From Candidatus Saccharimonadota bacterium (GTDB lineage Bacteria; Patescibacteriota; Saccharimonadia; Saccharimonadales; 2-12-FULL-41-12), in the NCBI GenBank assembly GCA_043741255.1, contig JAYUAP010000146.1, positions 1 through 24,000 on the forward strand: a stretch of 24,000 nucleotides of DNA. Direction: 5' to 3'. Under the pieces are notes generated by a model. That model searched no databases, was not told where the DNA came from, and was given only the letters and a program-made list of their open reading frames with translations. The translations under genes and the position numbers were made by a program. Shown here one piece after another: positions 22,470 through 24,000 of this stretch. The number at the start of each line of letters is the position of its first letter. Position 1 is the first letter of the stretch.

Positions 22470-22882
22470 TTTTGTCTATATTTAATTATTAAATCGGTTA
22501 AATCTGCTAAGTACTCCGTAAGCATTATGCCTTCTGGGTGTGACATCTTTTCAAAAAAGAGCATATTATCTTTTGATATTCGAGTCGTCATATCTGCTGT
22601 ATTAAGCTCAGCGAAGTAGTCATAGATCCTAAAATACAAAATCCCTTTTTGCCCCGCGGGGGCAGACATACTCCACTCGACATCTTCGAATAAAAGCCCT
22701 ATCGGTACGTTTAGCACTTCTGACAATTTGGCTATTTGCCAGGAGTTTAAAAATCCTTCGCCTTTTATTATTCGGGTAACGGCTCTATTGCCATGATTGT
22801 GTTCTGGGAAAAGATGCGAAGCGATAAACGATGTTTCTACGTTTGCCACTTTCATAATATGTCCAAGGTCTATTGTCTGCAT
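22466..22882 (-). CDS. XRE/Cro-like helix-turn-helix protein, first gene of the early operon
   Basis: From the ATG at 22882 (MQTIDLGHIMKV...). The segment RIIKGEGFLNSWQIAKLSEVLNVPIGLLFE resembles the recognition half of an HTH_3 domain. The track TTG start at 22906 overlaps the -7 box. Confidence 0.55.
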   Translation of the reverse strand: MQTIDLGHIMKVANVETSFIASHLFPEHNHGNRAVTRIIKGEGFLNSWQIAKLSEVLNVPIGLLFEDVEWSMSAPAGQKGILYFRIYDYFAELNTADMTTRISKDNMLFFEKMSHPEGIMLTEYLADLTDLIIKYRQK

Positions 22883-22903
22883 ATCTTTTGTTTTTATCTG
22901 TGA

Positions 22904-22966
22904 CAAATCTACAACTATTTTTCAATTGCGCAAATCATTTTACGTAAAAAATTAAATTATTTTTAC
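22904..22966 (-). promoter_or_regulatory. Bacteroidota-type promoter with tandem upstream boxes (early operon)
   Basis: On the minus strand: GTAAAAATAATTTAA (22952-22966) and GTAAAATGATTTGCG (22929-22943, with TTTG at 22931-22934). A 19-nt spacer follows, then TAGATTTG at 22904-22911. It aligns almost base for base with the promoter at 11026-11088. Confidence 0.65.
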
Positions 22967-22967
22967 A

Positions 22968-23277
22968 GTAAACAATGCATAATTATATAAGGGGCTGATT
23001 TTAAAGTACTTAAGATTAAAAGTAAACAAAGTAAACAATAAACAAAGATTCGACAAACTATATAAAGGTCTGTATGTGTAATATATAAATACTATGTAGG
23101 TATTATATTATATATTATTATATTTATAAAGTTAGATAGTATAATAGTATATGTTGTTTACATTTTAGCTGCCGCCAACGGTGGTATGGGCGGCAGAGAT
23201 ATACGATACTGGAATACTTTGTATATCTCGGTTTACTTTTCGATATTAGGCATAAAAAAAAACGACCTTACGGCCGT
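22968..23277. repeat. noncoding boundary element R2: second copy of the iteron / AT-core / GC-hairpin / terminator arrangement
   Basis: GTAAACA starts at 22968, 23022 and 23031 (plus a degenerate copy at 23039). TGTTTAC lies within the TTGTTTAC at 23154-23161 (plus a degenerate copy at 23230). Blocks shared with R1: a 19-mer (23020-23038), a 10-mer (23154-23163), GCCAAYGG (23174-23181) and a 12-mer (23231-23242). Confidence 0.85.
23253..23277 (-). terminator. intrinsic terminator after the lysis gene region
   Basis: The minus strand reads ACGGCC GUAA GGUCGU followed by a U9 run. The stem spans 23262-23277 and the A run on the plus strand is 23254-23262. Confidence 0.75.
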
Positions 23278-23419
23278 TTATGATTTCTTAATCTCGTCGA
23301 ATATCTCGTCGACCCTTCCGACGTTGTCAGTCCCTTTTACGCCTTTTTGGTTATTAATTACCATTTGGAGAGCAATAACTCCTATTGTTTTTAGGATCCT
23401 CCCAAATAGGCTTCTCGGT

Positions 23420-24000
23420 TTAAGATCTGTTTTTATCTGTTGCAACATATTCTTTTTTGTATTTAATTAGCAATGCCTCTCTTTTATTGTAGCCGACTAA
23501 GCCCCCATTAACTTTAATGCAACTGGCTTTAAAATCACCCCTATCGGCAATGGCGTTTAGCCCTTTGGCTTTCCAAAACCACCCCGCTGAATCTAAAGCG
23601 TATTTAAGTTGTTGCAGTTTATCCGGGTCGCAGGGTTCCCCTATCGATTTGAAATAAGCCTCTTGATTAGCTCTACCAGTAAGTTGTATGGCTCCTGCCC
23701 CTCGGTGTTTCCATCCGTCCCCAGGTACAATATTACCTAAATTCTTTTTACCCCAGACGCCGCCGTATACAGTATTGGCGATAGCCATTTGGTTCGCGGC
23801 GTGCTCGGCTGTACGACCGTACACTATGCAAGCCTGTTCAGCTATTCGATCTCTAGAGAATAGCGCTAGTAGAGCCTCGGCCTTGTAGTTTAAATTCTCT
23901 ACAAATTTAGTAAAACCTAATGACTCGTGTTCGGCGTGAGCCATAAAATAGGCTCTCCTTAAAGGAGTATTAATATCATATCGTTTGAAAACTATATCTA
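23420..24000 (-). CDS. endolysin, glycoside hydrolase family 19 (chitinase-like lysozyme); 5' end beyond the window
   Basis: AHAEHESLGF (catalytic Glu region), GNIVPGDGWKHRGAGAIQLTGRANQ and GWFW. The frame stays open upstream of the track ATG (23944) to base 24000 (...DIVFKRYDINTPLRRAYFMAHAEHES), so the true start probably lies outside the window. Confidence 0.8.
   Translation of the reverse strand, partial: DIVFKRYDINTPLRRAYFMAHAEHESLGFTKFVENLNYKAEALLALFSRDRIAEQACIVYGRTAEHAANQMAIANTVYGGVWGKKNLGNIVPGDGWKHRGAGAIQLTGRANQEAYFKSIGEPCDPDKLQQLKYALDSAGWFWKAKGLNAIADRGDFKASCIKVNGGLVGYNKREALLIKYKKEYVATDKNRS

Noticed and set aside
22883-22906. TTG-initiated extension of the XRE-like ORF
   Set aside because: The TTG is part of the TAGATTTG -7 box, so it would lie upstream of the transcription start. 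The ATG at 22882 is used instead.
23278-23364. 28-aa minus-strand ORF (MVINNQKGVKGTDNVGRVDEIFDEIKKS) between the endolysin and the terminator
   Set aside because: It is very short, has no recognisable features and is not hydrophobic, so it is not a holin or spanin candidate. It is kept only as a note.
23186-23470. 94-aa plus-strand ORF next to the endolysin; it is hydrophobic, so superficially holin-like
   Set aside because: Its ATG sits in the loop of the R2 GC hairpin. The ORF runs antisense through a strong minus-strand terminator and overlaps the endolysin 3' end by 51 nt on the opposite strand. No promoter box is seen. A holin role cannot be fully excluded without expression data.

Overview
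The window is a gene-dense piece of a tailed dsDNA phage or prophage genome. Every convincing gene except one (409..693) lies on the minus strand. Start codons lack Shine-Dalgarno-like sequences, and intergenic gaps repeatedly carry TTTG (-33) and TAnnTTTG (-7) boxes. By inference this points to a Bacteroidota (Flavobacteriia/Bacteroidia-like) host. Read in the minus-strand transcription direction the layout is as follows. (i) At the right edge is a GH19-type endolysin that ends the late operon. (ii) Next comes a roughly 310-bp noncoding boundary element, R2 (22968-23277). (iii) An early/replication module follows (22882 down to 8743). It encodes an XRE-like HTH protein, a DUF2800/Cas4-like nuclease, a DUF2815-type SSB, a 465-bp noncoding stretch with two tRNA-like elements, a family A DNA polymerase, a YpsA/DUF1273 SLOG protein, a VirE-type primase/helicase, a VRR-NUC nuclease, a C5-cytosine methyltransferase, an SNF2 helicase, a LuxR-type HTH protein and many small ORFs. 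(iv) A second, collinear copy of the boundary element, R1 (8391-8740), comes next. (v) The packaging/head module follows: terS, three small ORFs, terL, portal, an SPP1 gp7-like head morphogenesis protein, an HK97-type protease and an HK97-type major capsid protein. (vi) The window ends with a free-standing GIY-YIG homing endonuclease, a convergent plus-strand moron-like gene, and the start of a (VDA)n repeat protein at the left edge. I saw no rRNA, CRISPR array, integrase or transposase. Four noncoding observations are the most unusual. First, the two homologous boundary elements are packed with GTAAACA/TGTTTAC iterons around an AT-rich core. Second, two tRNA-like elements keep acceptor, D and T arms but lack a canonical anticodon arm. 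Third, a TAnnTTTG box sits exactly 4 nt upstream of the ATG of terL, the portal gene and the homing endonuclease gene. Fourth, three promoters share tandem GTAAAATAATTTGCA boxes. All protein family calls rest on motifs read by eye. No database search or RNA folding program was run.
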